Positions 1 through 8,682 are shown, numbered from the stretch's first letter. The stretch: DNA of 32,000 bases from Dickeya solani IPO 2222 (GCF_001644705.1 NZ_CP015137.1:390001-422000), one strand, 5' to 3'. Numbers and translations: made by a program. The notes: a model not told the origin generated them from the sequence alone.

Positions 1-177
1 ATGATTTTTTAAATGAAACAAAAAAACACAATTTACGATATAACCAGAATGAAAAATCATAAATAATAAATTTCACTAATGAAATCACGGAGTGCAAATA
101 TTATTTAAAATATTATCTGTCGATTCTTAATTAAACACCTTGCCATTCTTGAAAGCATATCCGCGCCAAACAATTCG

Positions 178-221
178 TCATATAAAATTCATTAAATAGT
201 CATTTAAATGTCATAAAAAAT
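178..221. repeat. Four head-to-tail 11-bp repeats (TCATWWAAAWN) in AT-rich intergenic DNA
   Basis: Read directly: tcatataaaat / tcattaaatag / tcatttaaatg / tcataaaaaat. The 11-bp phasing is about one helical turn. Confidence 0.6.
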
Positions 222-315
222 AACAATCAGCATTACTTAGCCAACGAAGATTACATTGTCACCTGACTTCATAAACATTAATTCCGTACTTTGAATTTAA
301 TTTAAAAATATAGTT

Positions 316-541
316 TATATCCTAAATAATTCGAGTTGCAGGACAACATGTCCGCGCTTTGAATAACGCAACGCGTTAGCCCTTCAGGACAAGGCTCGTC
401 ATGGGCCTTACGTAGCGAATCCCCACAGGGCCACCAGAAGTCGATTTGAACGCAGTTTGTTGTGGTCCCGGAGGGGGGAGACCTATGGATGGGTCGAGGA
501 ATAAAGCCAACACACCCACAACCTGGGGTATGACGAGTATA
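316..541. repeat. ERIC/IRU-like enterobacterial repetitive intergenic element, enlarged (about 226 bp versus about 127 bp canonical)
   Basis: The left end tatatCCTAAATAATTCGAGTTGCAGGA and the right end AAAGCCAAC..CAAC.TG..GTATGACGAGTATA match the ERIC consensus termini as I recall them. An internal GAATCCCCA.AGG core is present. Extra internal sequence sits between the conserved blocks. Confidence 0.6.
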
Positions 542-803
542 TTCGAAAAACGTTCATTCATTGCGACATCACCCGTTCTTTGACCGCGCATCATACCCGG
601 TGGGCATAGACACAGGTTCTACCGCTCGGTAACAGCGCTGCACAAGAATCTTATTTATTCGATAAAACTGGGTTGAGGGTGGAATAATTTTATTTGTTCA
701 GCCAACGCCAGTCAGCTACCATAAAAATGGCTGCCATTATTAGTGGTGGCAAATCGTTATTAATTTTCACTTCTGATGAAAGCATATTTAAAATGGAGTC
801 ATT

Positions 804-1307
804 ATGTTAGAAATTGTGACAGGGATGCCAGCATGGGTAATTGTACTTTTGGTTTCAACCACATTCTATTGTATAAGTTTTTGCTTTGAAAAAGAGGTTA
901 GCATTAAGCTTTTGCTACTTATTCCAGGCTGTTTTATGATTTTTTCGATTATCTCTATACTGCAGCAAGGTAACATCCTGGTTTCAGGTCTGGTATGGTT
1001 ATTAGGCTGTATATTAGGCGGGATCGTAGCAAAGAGAATTTTTTCACCTCAAGCCTACAGTCTAGGCCGTAAGGAAGGCACAGTTACTGTGCCGGGGACA
1101 TATTCTATTATTACAATTTTTTTACTCTACTTTCCTCTTCGTTATTATATCGGTTATCGTCAGGCAATCGCGATTGATCATACCCTCAGCGCTCCAATGA
1201 TTTTACTGTTAGCCATATCGTCAGGAGGGATTGTCGGTTTTTTCACCCTTCGCTCATACGTTATCTTTTGGCGCTATAAGAAATTGAATATTAAAAGAAT
1301 AGCTTAA
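804..1307 (+). CDS. Small polytopic inner-membrane protein of unknown function (about 5 predicted TM helices), low-GC gene
   Basis: 167-aa ORF with GGAG 7 nt upstream of the ATG. The sequence is hydrophobic throughout with a basic C-terminal tail (WRYKKLNIKRIA). It resembles small DUF-type permease-like proteins, but I cannot name the family with certainty. Confidence 0.65.
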   Translation: MLEIVTGMPAWVIVLLVSTTFYCISFCFEKEVSIKLLLLIPGCFMIFSIISILQQGNILVSGLVWLLGCILGGIVAKRIFSPQAYSLGRKEGTVTVPGTYSIITIFLLYFPLRYYIGYRQAIAIDHTLSAPMILLLAISSGGIVGFFTLRSYVIFWRYKKLNIKRIA

Positions 1308-1467
1308 TCTGCTAGAGCATCCAGTGTCCTGGCGGGGTCAAATTAGTAGAGCACCGGCTTTTCAAGGTAGCCAGACGCAGTTCTCCGGTATGAACGCCTG
1401 TTAACAGCAACAGGCAGATACCTGGTTGGGTTGTAAGCGCCCCGCCATAACGACGAAGCCGCTGCAA

Positions 1468-1521
1468 CCATACGGCGCTACACGGCACTACACGGCACTA
1501 CACTATACGGTACTACATACG
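1468..1521. repeat. Degenerate decamer tandem repeat (CTACACGGCA-like)
   Basis: catacggcg ctacacggca ctacacggca ctacactatacggta ctacatacg. Two perfect units are flanked by degenerate ones. Confidence 0.6.
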
Positions 1522-1580
1522 TTTTTCATGGACTAAACAGTCCGGGATGCAGGTGGAGCACTGTGGGATTTGCTGGAACG

Positions 1581-1607
1581 AAAAAAGGGCCTTTCGGCCC
1601 TTTTTTT
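1581..1607 (-). terminator. Rho-independent (bidirectional) terminator downstream of tRNA-Gly
   Basis: aaaaaa GGGCC tttc GGCCC ttttttt. A GC stem is flanked by an A-run and a T-run. Confidence 0.85.
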
Positions 1608-1648
1608 CAACGATCCACAGACTCCGATGGAACTCTGCAGATCAAATT

Positions 1649-1724
<76 letters not shown>

Positions 1725-1865
1725 ATTCTACAGAACATCTTGTTTATCAAACATTTTCAATAAACAGTGTCGCTGTCGATGCGGTGCATTCTACTGACCT
1801 GACACAGTGAGTCAATAAAATTATCGCCCTATCTGAATCGTTTGCTGTTTTTTAAGGCGAGGCGA

Positions 1866-2414
1866 TCAATGTTCAAGCAGATCGCGCCAGGCGGCACTCA
1901 GGTACTGGAACATCGACCAAAACGTCAGCACAGCAGCCACATACAACGCCGCCACGCCAGCGGCCTCCACCATACGTTCAGGCCGCCACAACAAACCGAC
2001 CAGCGCAACCATCTGCGCGGTGGTTTTGATTTTACCAATCCACGACACCGCCACGCTGCTACGTTTACCCAATTCCGCCATCCATTCGCGCAATGCGGAA
2101 ATGATGATCTCACGGGCAATCATCGTGGCGGCTGGCAGCGTAATCCACCAGGAATGATAATGCTCAGCCACCAGCACCAGCGCAACCGCCACCATGACCT
2201 TGTCGGCCACGGGGTCCAGAAAGGCGCCAAAACGGGTGGTTTGTTTCCACCGGCGGGCAAGAAAACCGTCAAACCAGTCTGTCACCGCCGCAAAGACAAA
2301 GATGCCAGCGCATACCATTGGTGCCCAGTTGAACGGCAGGTAAAACGCCAGCACAAAGAATGGGATTAGCACAACACGAAACAGGGTAAGCCACGTTGGT
2401 ATATTAAATCGCAT
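1866..2414 (-). CDS. pgsA: CDP-diacylglycerol--glycerol-3-phosphate 3-phosphatidyltransferase
   Basis: 182 aa, colinear with E. coli PgsA. CDP-alcohol phosphotransferase motif [12 protein letters not shown]...[10 protein letters not shown]. It sits in the conserved position next to uvrC and glyW. Confidence 0.95.
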   Translation of the reverse strand: MRFNIPTWLTLFRVVLIPFFVLAFYLPFNWAPMVCAGIFVFAAVTDWFDGFLARRWKQTTRFGAFLDPVADKVMVAVALVLVAEHYHSWWITLPAATMIAREIIISALREWMAELGKRSSVAVSWIGKIKTTAQMVALVGLLWRPERMVEAAGVAALYVAAVLTFWSMFQYLSAAWRDLLEH

Positions 2415-2471
2415 AGCGTCTGGGTAACTGTCTGGCCCGAAAGATAATAGGGTTATGTTGCTACATTGCCT

Positions 2472-4304
2472 CTAGTGTTTCAATGCATGAAAGATTTTTT
2501 CTGCTAGCGCATGCGAAATTCCCGGTACGTTGGCGATGTCCTCCATGCTGGCGTTCATCAGCGGCTGCAATCCACCCATGTATTTTAACAGCATCTGCCG
2601 CCGCTTCGGCCCCACTCCTTCGATAGTCTCCAGCGAACTGGTGCTTTTTACTTTGGCACGCTGTTTACGGTGACCACTGATAGCATGGTTATGCGAATCG
2701 TCACGAATATGCTGAATGACATGCAACGCCGGCGAATCAGCAGGCAGCGCCATCCCCTCGCCTGTCGCTTCGAAAAATAGCGTCTCCAGCCCGGCCTTGC
2801 GATCACTGCCTTTCGCCACCCCCAGCAGCAAAGGACGCGATTTGTCCCAGGGTACCTGTAATGACGAAAAAACATCCTTGGCCTGCGCCAGTTGCCCCTT
2901 GCCGCCGTCAATCACGATGACATCCGGAATCTTGCCCTCGTCAATCGACTTGCCATACCGGCGCCGGAGCACCTGATTCATGGCGGCATAGTCATCCCCC
3001 GGCGTGATACCGGCGATATTGTAGCGCCGATACTCCGAGCGCAGCGGCCCATCCGCATTGAACACAACACAGGACGCCACCGTCTGCTCCCCCATGGTAT
3101 GACTGATATCGAAACATTCCATGCGGTTGACTTTTTCGATCCCAAGGACAGACGCCAGCGCTGCCAGACGCTGTTGGATCGTCGATTGCTGCGACAACTT
3201 CGTCGTCAATGCCGTATGGGCGTTGGTACGCGCCAGTTTAAGATAGCGCGCCCGGTCGCCACGCGGCCGGGTTTGAATCTGAATTTTGCGGCCTGCCTGC
3301 TCGGTGAGGGATTCAGCCAGCAACTGATGCTCCGGCAGCGAGAAGTCCAGCAGGATGTCAGACGGCAAGGTGCGGGAAACACTGCCTTGCAAATAGAACT
3401 GGCCGACAAACGTCTGCACCACCTCCGCCAGTTCTGTCCCTCCCGGGACTTTAGGGAAATAACTGCGACTGCCCAGCACTTTTCCCTGACGGATAAAAAG
3501 CACGTGCACACACGCCATACCGGCTTCAAACGCCACACCGATCACGTCAAGATCATCACCGTCGCCGGAAACAAACTGTTTTTCGGTCACCCGTCGCACC
3601 GCCTGAATCTGATCGCGAATACGCGCGGCTTCCTCAAACCGCAATTCCCTGCTTGCCGTTTCCATACGCTCGATCAGGCGGGTCAATACCTGTTGATCTT
3701 TGCCCGACAGAAAGAGGCGCACATACTCAACCTGCCGCTGATACTCTTCCTCGCTGACCAGACCGCTCACGCACGGACCCAGACAACGGCCGATCTGATA
3801 CTGCAGGCAGGGGCGCGAGCGGTTGCGGTATACGCTGTTTTCACACTGACGAATAGGGAACAGCTTTTGCAACAGCATCAGGGTTTCACGCACGGCATTG
3901 CCATTGGGAAACGGACCGAAGTATTCGCCCTTGGCGTGTTTGGCGCCGCGGTGAACTGACAGACGGGGATGTGTGTCCCCGCTGAGGAATATCAGCGGGT
4001 AAGACTTATCGTCACGCAACAGCACGTTGTAACGCGGCTGATAGCGTTTGATGTAGTTGTGCTCAAGCAACAGGGCTTCGGTTTCAGTATGCGTGATCGT
4101 CACATCGATCTGCCGGATACTTTTCACCAAAGCCTCTGTTTTACGGCTGGCGACATGAGCACGAAAATAGCTGGAAAGGCGCTTCTTCAGGTCTTTGGCT
4201 TTACCGACGTAGATAACCGTGTCGCTGGCATCGTACATACGATAAACCCCAGGCTGACTGGTTACGGTCTTCAGAAAAGCCTGGGCGTCAAAACGTTCAG
4301 TCAC
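2472..4304 (-). CDS. uvrC: Excinuclease ABC subunit C
   Basis: 610 aa, near-colinear with E. coli UvrC. GIY-YIG motif ([20 protein letters not shown]) and C-terminal HhH ([18 protein letters not shown]). The GTG start overlaps the uvrY stop (GTGACTGA). Confidence 0.97.
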   Translation of the reverse strand: MTERFDAQAFLKTVTSQPGVYRMYDASDTVIYVGKAKDLKKRLSSYFRAHVASRKTEALVKSIRQIDVTITHTETEALLLEHNYIKRYQPRYNVLLRDDKSYPLIFLSGDTHPRLSVHRGAKHAKGEYFGPFPNGNAVRETLMLLQKLFPIRQCENSVYRNRSRPCLQYQIGRCLGPCVSGLVSEEEYQRQVEYVRLFLSGKDQQVLTRLIERMETASRELRFEEAARIRDQIQAVRRVTEKQFVSGDGDDLDVIGVAFEAGMACVHVLFIRQGKVLGSRSYFPKVPGGTELAEVVQTFVGQFYLQGSVSRTLPSDILLDFSLPEHQLLAESLTEQAGRKIQIQTRPRGDRARYLKLARTNAHTALTTKLSQQSTIQQRLAALASVLGIEKVNRMECFDISHTMGEQTVASCVVFNADGPLRSEYRRYNIAGITPGDDYAAMNQVLRRRYGKSIDEGKIPDVIVIDGGKGQLAQAKDVFSSLQVPWDKSRPLLLGVAKGSDRKAGLETLFFEATGEGMALPADSPALHVIQHIRDDSHNHAISGHRKQRAKVKSTSSLETIEGVGPKRRQMLLKYMGGLQPLMNASMEDIANVPGISHALAEKIFHALKH

Positions 4305-4953
4305 TACTAATCAATGTCTCCGCACTAAATAACCCGTGGCGAATCGCCAGATGCGTCAGCTCCACATCGCCATTAATATTCAGCTTACTGAACATTCGGT
4401 AACGATAGCTGTTGACCGTTTTCGGGCTAAGGTTGAGTTGATCAGAGATCTCCGTCACTTTTTGCCCTTTGGTGATCATCATCATAATCTGTAATTCGCG
4501 CTCAGACAGACACTCCAGCGGTGTCTCTGTCTGCGGCTCCAGCTGGCTCAACGCCATTTGCTGAGCGATATCCGACGCAATATATCGTTTGCCGGCATGC
4601 ACAGAGCGGATGGCGCAGATGACCTCTTCCGGCGTGGCGCCCTTGCTAAGGTAACCCGCCGCCCCGGCCTGCATCACTTTAGCAGGTAACGGGTTCTCTG
4701 TGTAAATCGTTAGCATTATAACTTTAATTTCAGGGGAAAATCGTACAATTTTGCGTGTTGCCTCAAGACCGCCGATTCCTGGCATGTTCATATCCATCAG
4801 CACAACATCCGCACTGTTATTACGGCACCATCTTACCGCATCTTCACCGCACTGAGCCTCACCAACAACCTTGAGGCCTTTAATATCGTCAAGAATGCGC
4901 CGTATCCCTGCTCGCACCAGTTCATGGTCATCAACAAGAAAAACGCTAATCAA
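4297..4953 (-). CDS. uvrY: Two-component response regulator UvrY (GacA/ExpA family)
   Basis: The 218-aa product matches E. coli UvrY in length and sequence when started at TTG 4953, which has GGAGA 8 nt upstream. Receiver domain ([22 protein letters not shown]) plus LuxR-type HTH ([26 protein letters not shown]). The 227-aa track ORF start at 4980 is probably too long. Confidence 0.93.
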   Translation of the reverse strand: MISVFLVDDHELVRAGIRRILDDIKGLKVVGEAQCGEDAVRWCRNNSADVVLMDMNMPGIGGLEATRKIVRFSPEIKVIMLTIYTENPLPAKVMQAGAAGYLSKGATPEEVICAIRSVHAGKRYIASDIAQQMALSQLEPQTETPLECLSERELQIMMMITKGQKVTEISDQLNLSPKTVNSYRYRMFSKLNINGDVELTHLAIRHGLFSAETLISSD

Positions 4954-5604
4954 AGAACAATTCTCCAAAAAGAGTAACACTTACAGACGAGTTTGTTGCA
5001 GGTGGTACTACGTGGTTTAGAAAAAATGAATACACTTTTTAATTAAAAATGTATTTTTTATTCTACCATGTGGTATTATTCTCTAAGTTCCTGAATGATA
5101 GCGACTGAGCATCAGACACGGAACTCACTTCCATCACAGTATTCATATTTCCAACCTGGTTTTTTAGAGAAACAGACAGATTCTACTGTCTGAAAAATGT
5201 CAAAATCTAAATTTAATCAATAGATTATCAAGTTTTGTAAGTACAGGCAATCGAGCGCGCAAATGCTTTCTTTTCCATCATTGTAACTGTCTTGTCACTT
5301 TTTGCCGCGCCTACGGTTTACTACAAATAATACACCTGCCTCAAAATATCCATATAAAAGTTGCAATGTATCTAATCAAACGCATTTAAAAGCCCAAAAG
5401 ACGTTAACAAAATATAGGCAGAATGTGGCATAAACAGATAAAAAGAATACAACTTCATGGGTCAGAATGGTTATTTTCCTGACCGGAAGCATTGTGACCT
5501 ATGGTATAATAAACCCAAATTTTGTTATGTCGCCGGCGTGTGTGGCAGCACAGAACCAGTCCCTGGTTCCACCGCGTCGGCTTCCGTTTTTTACAGGAGA
5601 CACT

Positions 5605-5829
5605 ATGAACAACAACGACTTTCCGACAGCCTCCACACCCGAAACGTTGGCGCATGAAGTCAGCTGCCTGAAAGTACTGATGACGCTGATGCTGAAGTCC
5701 ATTGGTCAGGCTGATGCAGGCAAGGTCATCGTCAGCATGGAAAAATACATTGCCCAACTGGAAGACCCTGCTCAGGCGGAAATATTCGGCACAACCATTA
5801 AGCAAATCAAAACAGTCTATCGCCGCTAA
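5605..5829 (+). CDS. yecF: DUF2594 family protein YecF
   Basis: 74 aa, MNNNDFPTAS..EVSCLKVLMTLMLKSIGQADAGKV..IKQIKTVYRR. It is colinear with E. coli YecF, with AGGAGA 5 nt upstream of the ATG. It sits in the conserved position divergent from uvrY. Confidence 0.85.
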   Translation: MNNNDFPTASTPETLAHEVSCLKVLMTLMLKSIGQADAGKVIVSMEKYIAQLEDPAQAEIFGTTIKQIKTVYRR

Positions 5830-5835
5830 TCAAAG

Positions 5836-5874
5836 CCCATCGGACATCGACACAACCCGCTATTGTCCGATGGG
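5836..5874 (+). terminator. Stem-loop downstream of yecF (possible terminator, no T-run)
   Basis: cccatcggaca ... tgtccgatggg. An 11-bp perfect stem with a 17-nt loop. Confidence 0.4.
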
Positions 5875-6149
5875 TATGAACCATTTCCCCGCACAATAAA
5901 TAAGCAGAAATAAAAACAACAATGCGCAAATGTTGACATAATGATTTATATTTCGTCAACAAAGCAGGTTATTACCCGATAAATGGCAAGATAAAAATTT
6001 AATAATTGTGTTCCATTCCGAAATGGCATTCTTTAAACCCGAATGGAGCTAATGAATAATCAATCTAGAAATTAAATAGTGATAAAATATTTCTGCGGGA
6101 ATAAATAAATTAACATGAAAAAAGAAATAACATGAATAAAAGGAAGTGT

Positions 6150-6225
6150 TGGTGGGTCGTATAGGGTTCGAACCTATGACCAATTGATTAAGAGTCAACT
6201 GCTCTACCGACTGAGCTAACGACCC
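6150..6225 (-). tRNA. tRNA-Lys (anticodon CUU)
   Basis: The reverse complement reads GGGTCGTTAGCTCAGTCGGTAGAGCAGTTGACTCTTAATCAATTGGTCATAGGTTCGAACCCTATACGACCCACCA. The cloverleaf is intact, the anticodon loop CTCTTAA gives CTT, and CCA is encoded. Confidence 0.93.
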
Positions 6226-6236
6226 AACGGGGACGG

Positions 6237-6265
6237 ATTATTCTCTTCTTAACGCCATCTGTCAA
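6237..6265 (-). promoter_or_regulatory. Sigma-70 promoter for tRNA-Lys(CUU)
   Basis: On the minus strand: TTGACA, 17 nt, AATAAT, followed by a GC-rich discriminator (ccgtcccc) immediately before the tRNA 5' end. Confidence 0.6.
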
Positions 6266-6552
6266 ATAGTTCATCTTATTTTTTCTGCAAGCGAGTGAAT
6301 CGGCGAACACCTTGTAACCTATGACTATTTTTCCCTCTCACGGCTGCCAGGCCACCTTCCGACCGATTCCTGGATATAAATTCACCACCGATTGAAGAAC
6401 GTACTGAAGTGACAGGAAATACGCCTCAACTCATCATGAGAAGAATACCGTGTTACTATTAACCATTCTAACTTCTTATATCACGCGGGTAACGGGCGCG
6501 AGACCTGACAAGCCCCCTCACCCTGGCAGACACAATCCGGAAATCACATTAC

Positions 6553-7956
6553 ATGACAGAACAAACGCACCACGTCCCGGACACCACCGGGCATAGCGAT
6601 CTGCGGCGCAATTTAACCAACCGTCATATTCAGTTGATTGCCATCGGCGGCGCCATCGGTACCGGCCTGTTCATGGGATCAGGAAAAACCATCAGCCTTG
6701 CCGGCCCATCGATTATCTTTGTTTACATGATTATCGGGTTCATGCTGTTCTTTGTTATGCGCGCGATGGGCGAACTACTGCTCTCCAACCTTAATTACAA
6801 ATCATTTAGCGATTTTTCCGCCGACCTGCTGGGGCCGTGGGCTGGTTTTTTTACCGGCTGGACTTACTGGTTTTGCTGGGTCGTAACCGGCATTGCCGAC
6901 GTCGTCGCCATCAGTGCCTATGCACAATTCTGGTTTCCGGATCTGTCGCAGTGGCTCAGTTCCCTGTTATGCGTCCTGCTGTTACTGACCTTAAATCTGG
7001 CCACCGTCAAACTGTTTGGCGAAATGGAGTTCTGGTTCGCCATGATTAAGATTGTCGCCATCGTCGCGCTGATCGTGATTGGCGCGGCTCTGGTTATCAT
7101 GCAATTTACATCGCCTTCCGGCGCGGTAGCATCCGTGACCAACCTCTGGCAGGACGGCGGAATGTTCCCGAAAGGAATCAGCGGCTTTTTCGCCGGCTTT
7201 CAAATAGCCGTGTTTGCCTTTGTCGGTATTGAACTGGTCGGTACTACGGCAGCAGAAACTAAAAACCCGAAAGTGGTTCTGCCGCGCGCCATCAACGCCA
7301 TACCGATACGCATCATTATGTTTTATGTGTTTGCACTGGTGATGATTATGTCGGTTACACCGTGGAGCCACATTGCGGCAGACCGCAGCCCGTTTGTAGA
7401 GATGTTTGTGTTAGTCGGTTTGCCGGCCGCCGCCAGCGTCATCAATTTCGTCGTGCTGACCTCCGCCGCATCGTCCGCCAACAGTGGGGTATTTTCGACC
7501 AGCCGCATGCTGTTTGGGCTGGCGAGACAAGGTGATGCGCCGGCGCGTTTCGGTCAGTTGTCAAAACGGGCGGTGCCCTCGGCAGGGCTGTTTTTTTCGT
7601 GCCTGTGCCTGCTTTCCGGCGTCGTGCTGATCTATTTAATCCCTAACGTCATGACGGTCTTCACGCTGGTCACCACCGTGTCCGCCATTCTGTTCATGTT
7701 CGTGTGGAGTATCATTCTGTGCTCTTATTTGGTGTACCGCCGGAACCGGCCGCAGTTGCACCAAGCCTCTTCATACAAAATGCCATGGGGAATAGTAATG
7801 AGCTGGGTATGCCTGGCTTTCTTTGTTTTCGTGATGGTATTGCTGACATTGCAGCCGGATACCTTGCAGGCGTTGATGGTTACGCCGGTGTGGTTTGTCG
7901 TGCTGGCTATCGCCTATCAGTTTATTCGCCGCCGCAGAGCCAACGCCCTGGCGTGA
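6553..7956 (+). CDS. cycA: D-serine/D-alanine/glycine transporter (APC superfamily)
   Basis: 467 aa. Long near-identical stretches to E. coli CycA (LRRNLTNRHIQLIAIGGAIGTGLFMGSGKTISLAGPSIIFVYMIIGFMLFFVMRAMGELLLSNL...). Confidence 0.95.
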   Translation: MTEQTHHVPDTTGHSDLRRNLTNRHIQLIAIGGAIGTGLFMGSGKTISLAGPSIIFVYMIIGFMLFFVMRAMGELLLSNLNYKSFSDFSADLLGPWAGFFTGWTYWFCWVVTGIADVVAISAYAQFWFPDLSQWLSSLLCVLLLLTLNLATVKLFGEMEFWFAMIKIVAIVALIVIGAALVIMQFTSPSGAVASVTNLWQDGGMFPKGISGFFAGFQIAVFAFVGIELVGTTAAETKNPKVVLPRAINAIPIRIIMFYVFALVMIMSVTPWSHIAADRSPFVEMFVLVGLPAAASVINFVVLTSAASSANSGVFSTSRMLFGLARQGDAPARFGQLSKRAVPSAGLFFSCLCLLSGVVLIYLIPNVMTVFTLVTTVSAILFMFVWSIILCSYLVYRRNRPQLHQASSYKMPWGIVMSWVCLAFFVFVMVLLTLQPDTLQALMVTPVWFVVLAIAYQFIRRRRANALA

Positions 7957-7982
7957 CGCCTTAAAACAGCCCTGAGACCAAT

Positions 7983-8016
7983 ACGGTCAGCTACGCCTGA
8001 TGATGTAGCTGACCGT
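7983..8016. terminator. 12-bp perfect-stem hairpin between the convergent cycA and nac fragment (probable shared terminator, no T-run)
   Basis: ACGGTCAGCTAC gcctgatgat GTAGCTGACCGT. Confidence 0.5.
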
Positions 8017-8022
8017 ACCCGA

Positions 8023-8298
8023 TTAAACGCTTACCGTTTGCCGTACGCCATTCACTGCATGTTTAGCCTGTTCGCACTGATTCAAAATGGTTTGTGCATG
8101 CGAATACAGAATTTTGCCCGCTTCAGTCGGCGTCACGCCACGACGACTACGGACCAGCAGTTGCTTCTCCATTTCGCTTTCAAGCGTGGCAACTTGCTGG
8201 CTCAGCGCTGGTTGCGCGATATGCAACATTTCAGCGGCCTGGGTCAGGCTGCCGATATCAACGATTTTCACAAAGTATTTGAGCCGTCTCAGATTCAT
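8023..8298 (-). pseudogene. nac: Truncated nitrogen assimilation control protein Nac (LysR family). Only the N-terminal wHTH and linker are present (91 aa).
   Basis: MNLRRLKYFVKIVDIGSLTQAAEMLHIAQPALSQQVATLE...GVTPTEAGKILYSHAQTILNQCEQA is near-identical to the first ~85 aa of E. coli/Klebsiella Nac (about 305 aa). The ORF stops at residue 92, just before the effector/oligomerisation domain. The SD CAGGAGG sits upstream of ATG 8298. The track start at 8352 is rejected. Confidence 0.8.
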
Positions 8299-8330
8299 GT
8301 GTACCTCCTGAATAGTTACGACTAAGTAGT

Positions 8331-8346
8331 AGCAAGAAGCGCGCCA
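8331..8346 (-). promoter_or_regulatory. Sigma-54 (-24/-12) promoter of the nac fragment
   Basis: The minus strand reads TGGCGC-gcttc-TTGCT, which matches TGGCAC-N5-TTGCW. It lies about 33 nt upstream of the ATG. Confidence 0.75.
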
Positions 8347-8486
8347 GATCATTTCACTATCATCAAAAAAAGCATGGCGATGGCTTAACCCGCTTAAAAA
8401 TAAGTAAAAGCAATGGCGATAGCGGTGGCAGTAACAATACTAATCCCCCTGTCGCTGTCCGTCGTATCCTGATGCCAGGAGTTTCT

Positions 8487-8525
8487 TGCACCAAAACAGT
8501 GCAAACGCTGCTATTTGAAAGTGCA
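8487..8525. promoter_or_regulatory. Tandem NtrC enhancer sites upstream of the nac promoter
   Basis: 8487-8503 reads TGCACCAAAACAGTGCA (TGCACTGTTTTGGTGCA on the other strand), matching the NtrC consensus TGCACCA-N3-TGGTGCA at 15 of 17 positions. A weaker second site, TGCACTTTCAAATAGCA, is at 8509-8525, 22 bp centre to centre. Both lie about 150-200 bp upstream of the -24/-12 element. Confidence 0.65.
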
Positions 8526-8636
8526 CTCGCTAACGAGTTCAACGGTTCGCCTGGTGTGAAAAGCGCCGACTACCACAGTAATTTCAATCATTTGATTATA
8601 ACTTCAGCAAACAGTCGCCCGCGACGTTAACATGCT

Positions 8637-8665
8637 TTGACAAGCCGTCAGGCTATCGCTATCAT
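8637..8665 (+). promoter_or_regulatory. Sigma-70 promoter for tRNA-Asn
   Basis: TTGACA, 17 nt, TATCAT. It ends about 17 nt before the tRNA 5' end. Confidence 0.65.
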
Positions 8666-8682
8666 CCACACCACTTAGCGAT

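Noticed and set aside
335-500. A cluster of GGA-in-loop hairpins that at first looked like a CsrB/RsmB-type sponge RNA gene near uvrY (gacA)
   Set aside because: The hairpins fall inside an element whose two ends match the ERIC/IRU consensus. GGA density is far lower than in CsrB/RsmB. No GacA box (TGTAAG-N6-CTTACA) or rho-independent terminator was found. I kept it only as a possible CsrA-responsive UTR feature.
376-594. 72-aa ORF on the minus strand
   Set aside because: It lies within the ERIC-like repeat. It has no SD, no recognisable domain and an odd composition.
2892-3959. 355-aa plus-strand ORF. Others are antisense to uvrC (3969-4310), the MCP (13055-14470), the binding protein (18453-19160), the LysR gene (16184-16585) and the peptidase (15171-15782).
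   Set aside because: All are antisense to genes with unambiguous homology. Their composition is typical of GC-rich reverse frames.
5455-5899. ORFs of 116, 67, 66 and 65 aa overlapping or antisense to yecF
   Set aside because: They overlap the conserved yecF frame or its terminator. They have no SD or homology.
8462-8477. TGGCAT-cagga-TACGA on the minus strand, next to the NtrC sites, as an alternative nac promoter
   Set aside because: The -12 GC is inverted (CG) and the motif abuts the enhancer. The motif at 8331-8346 fits the consensus and spacing far better.
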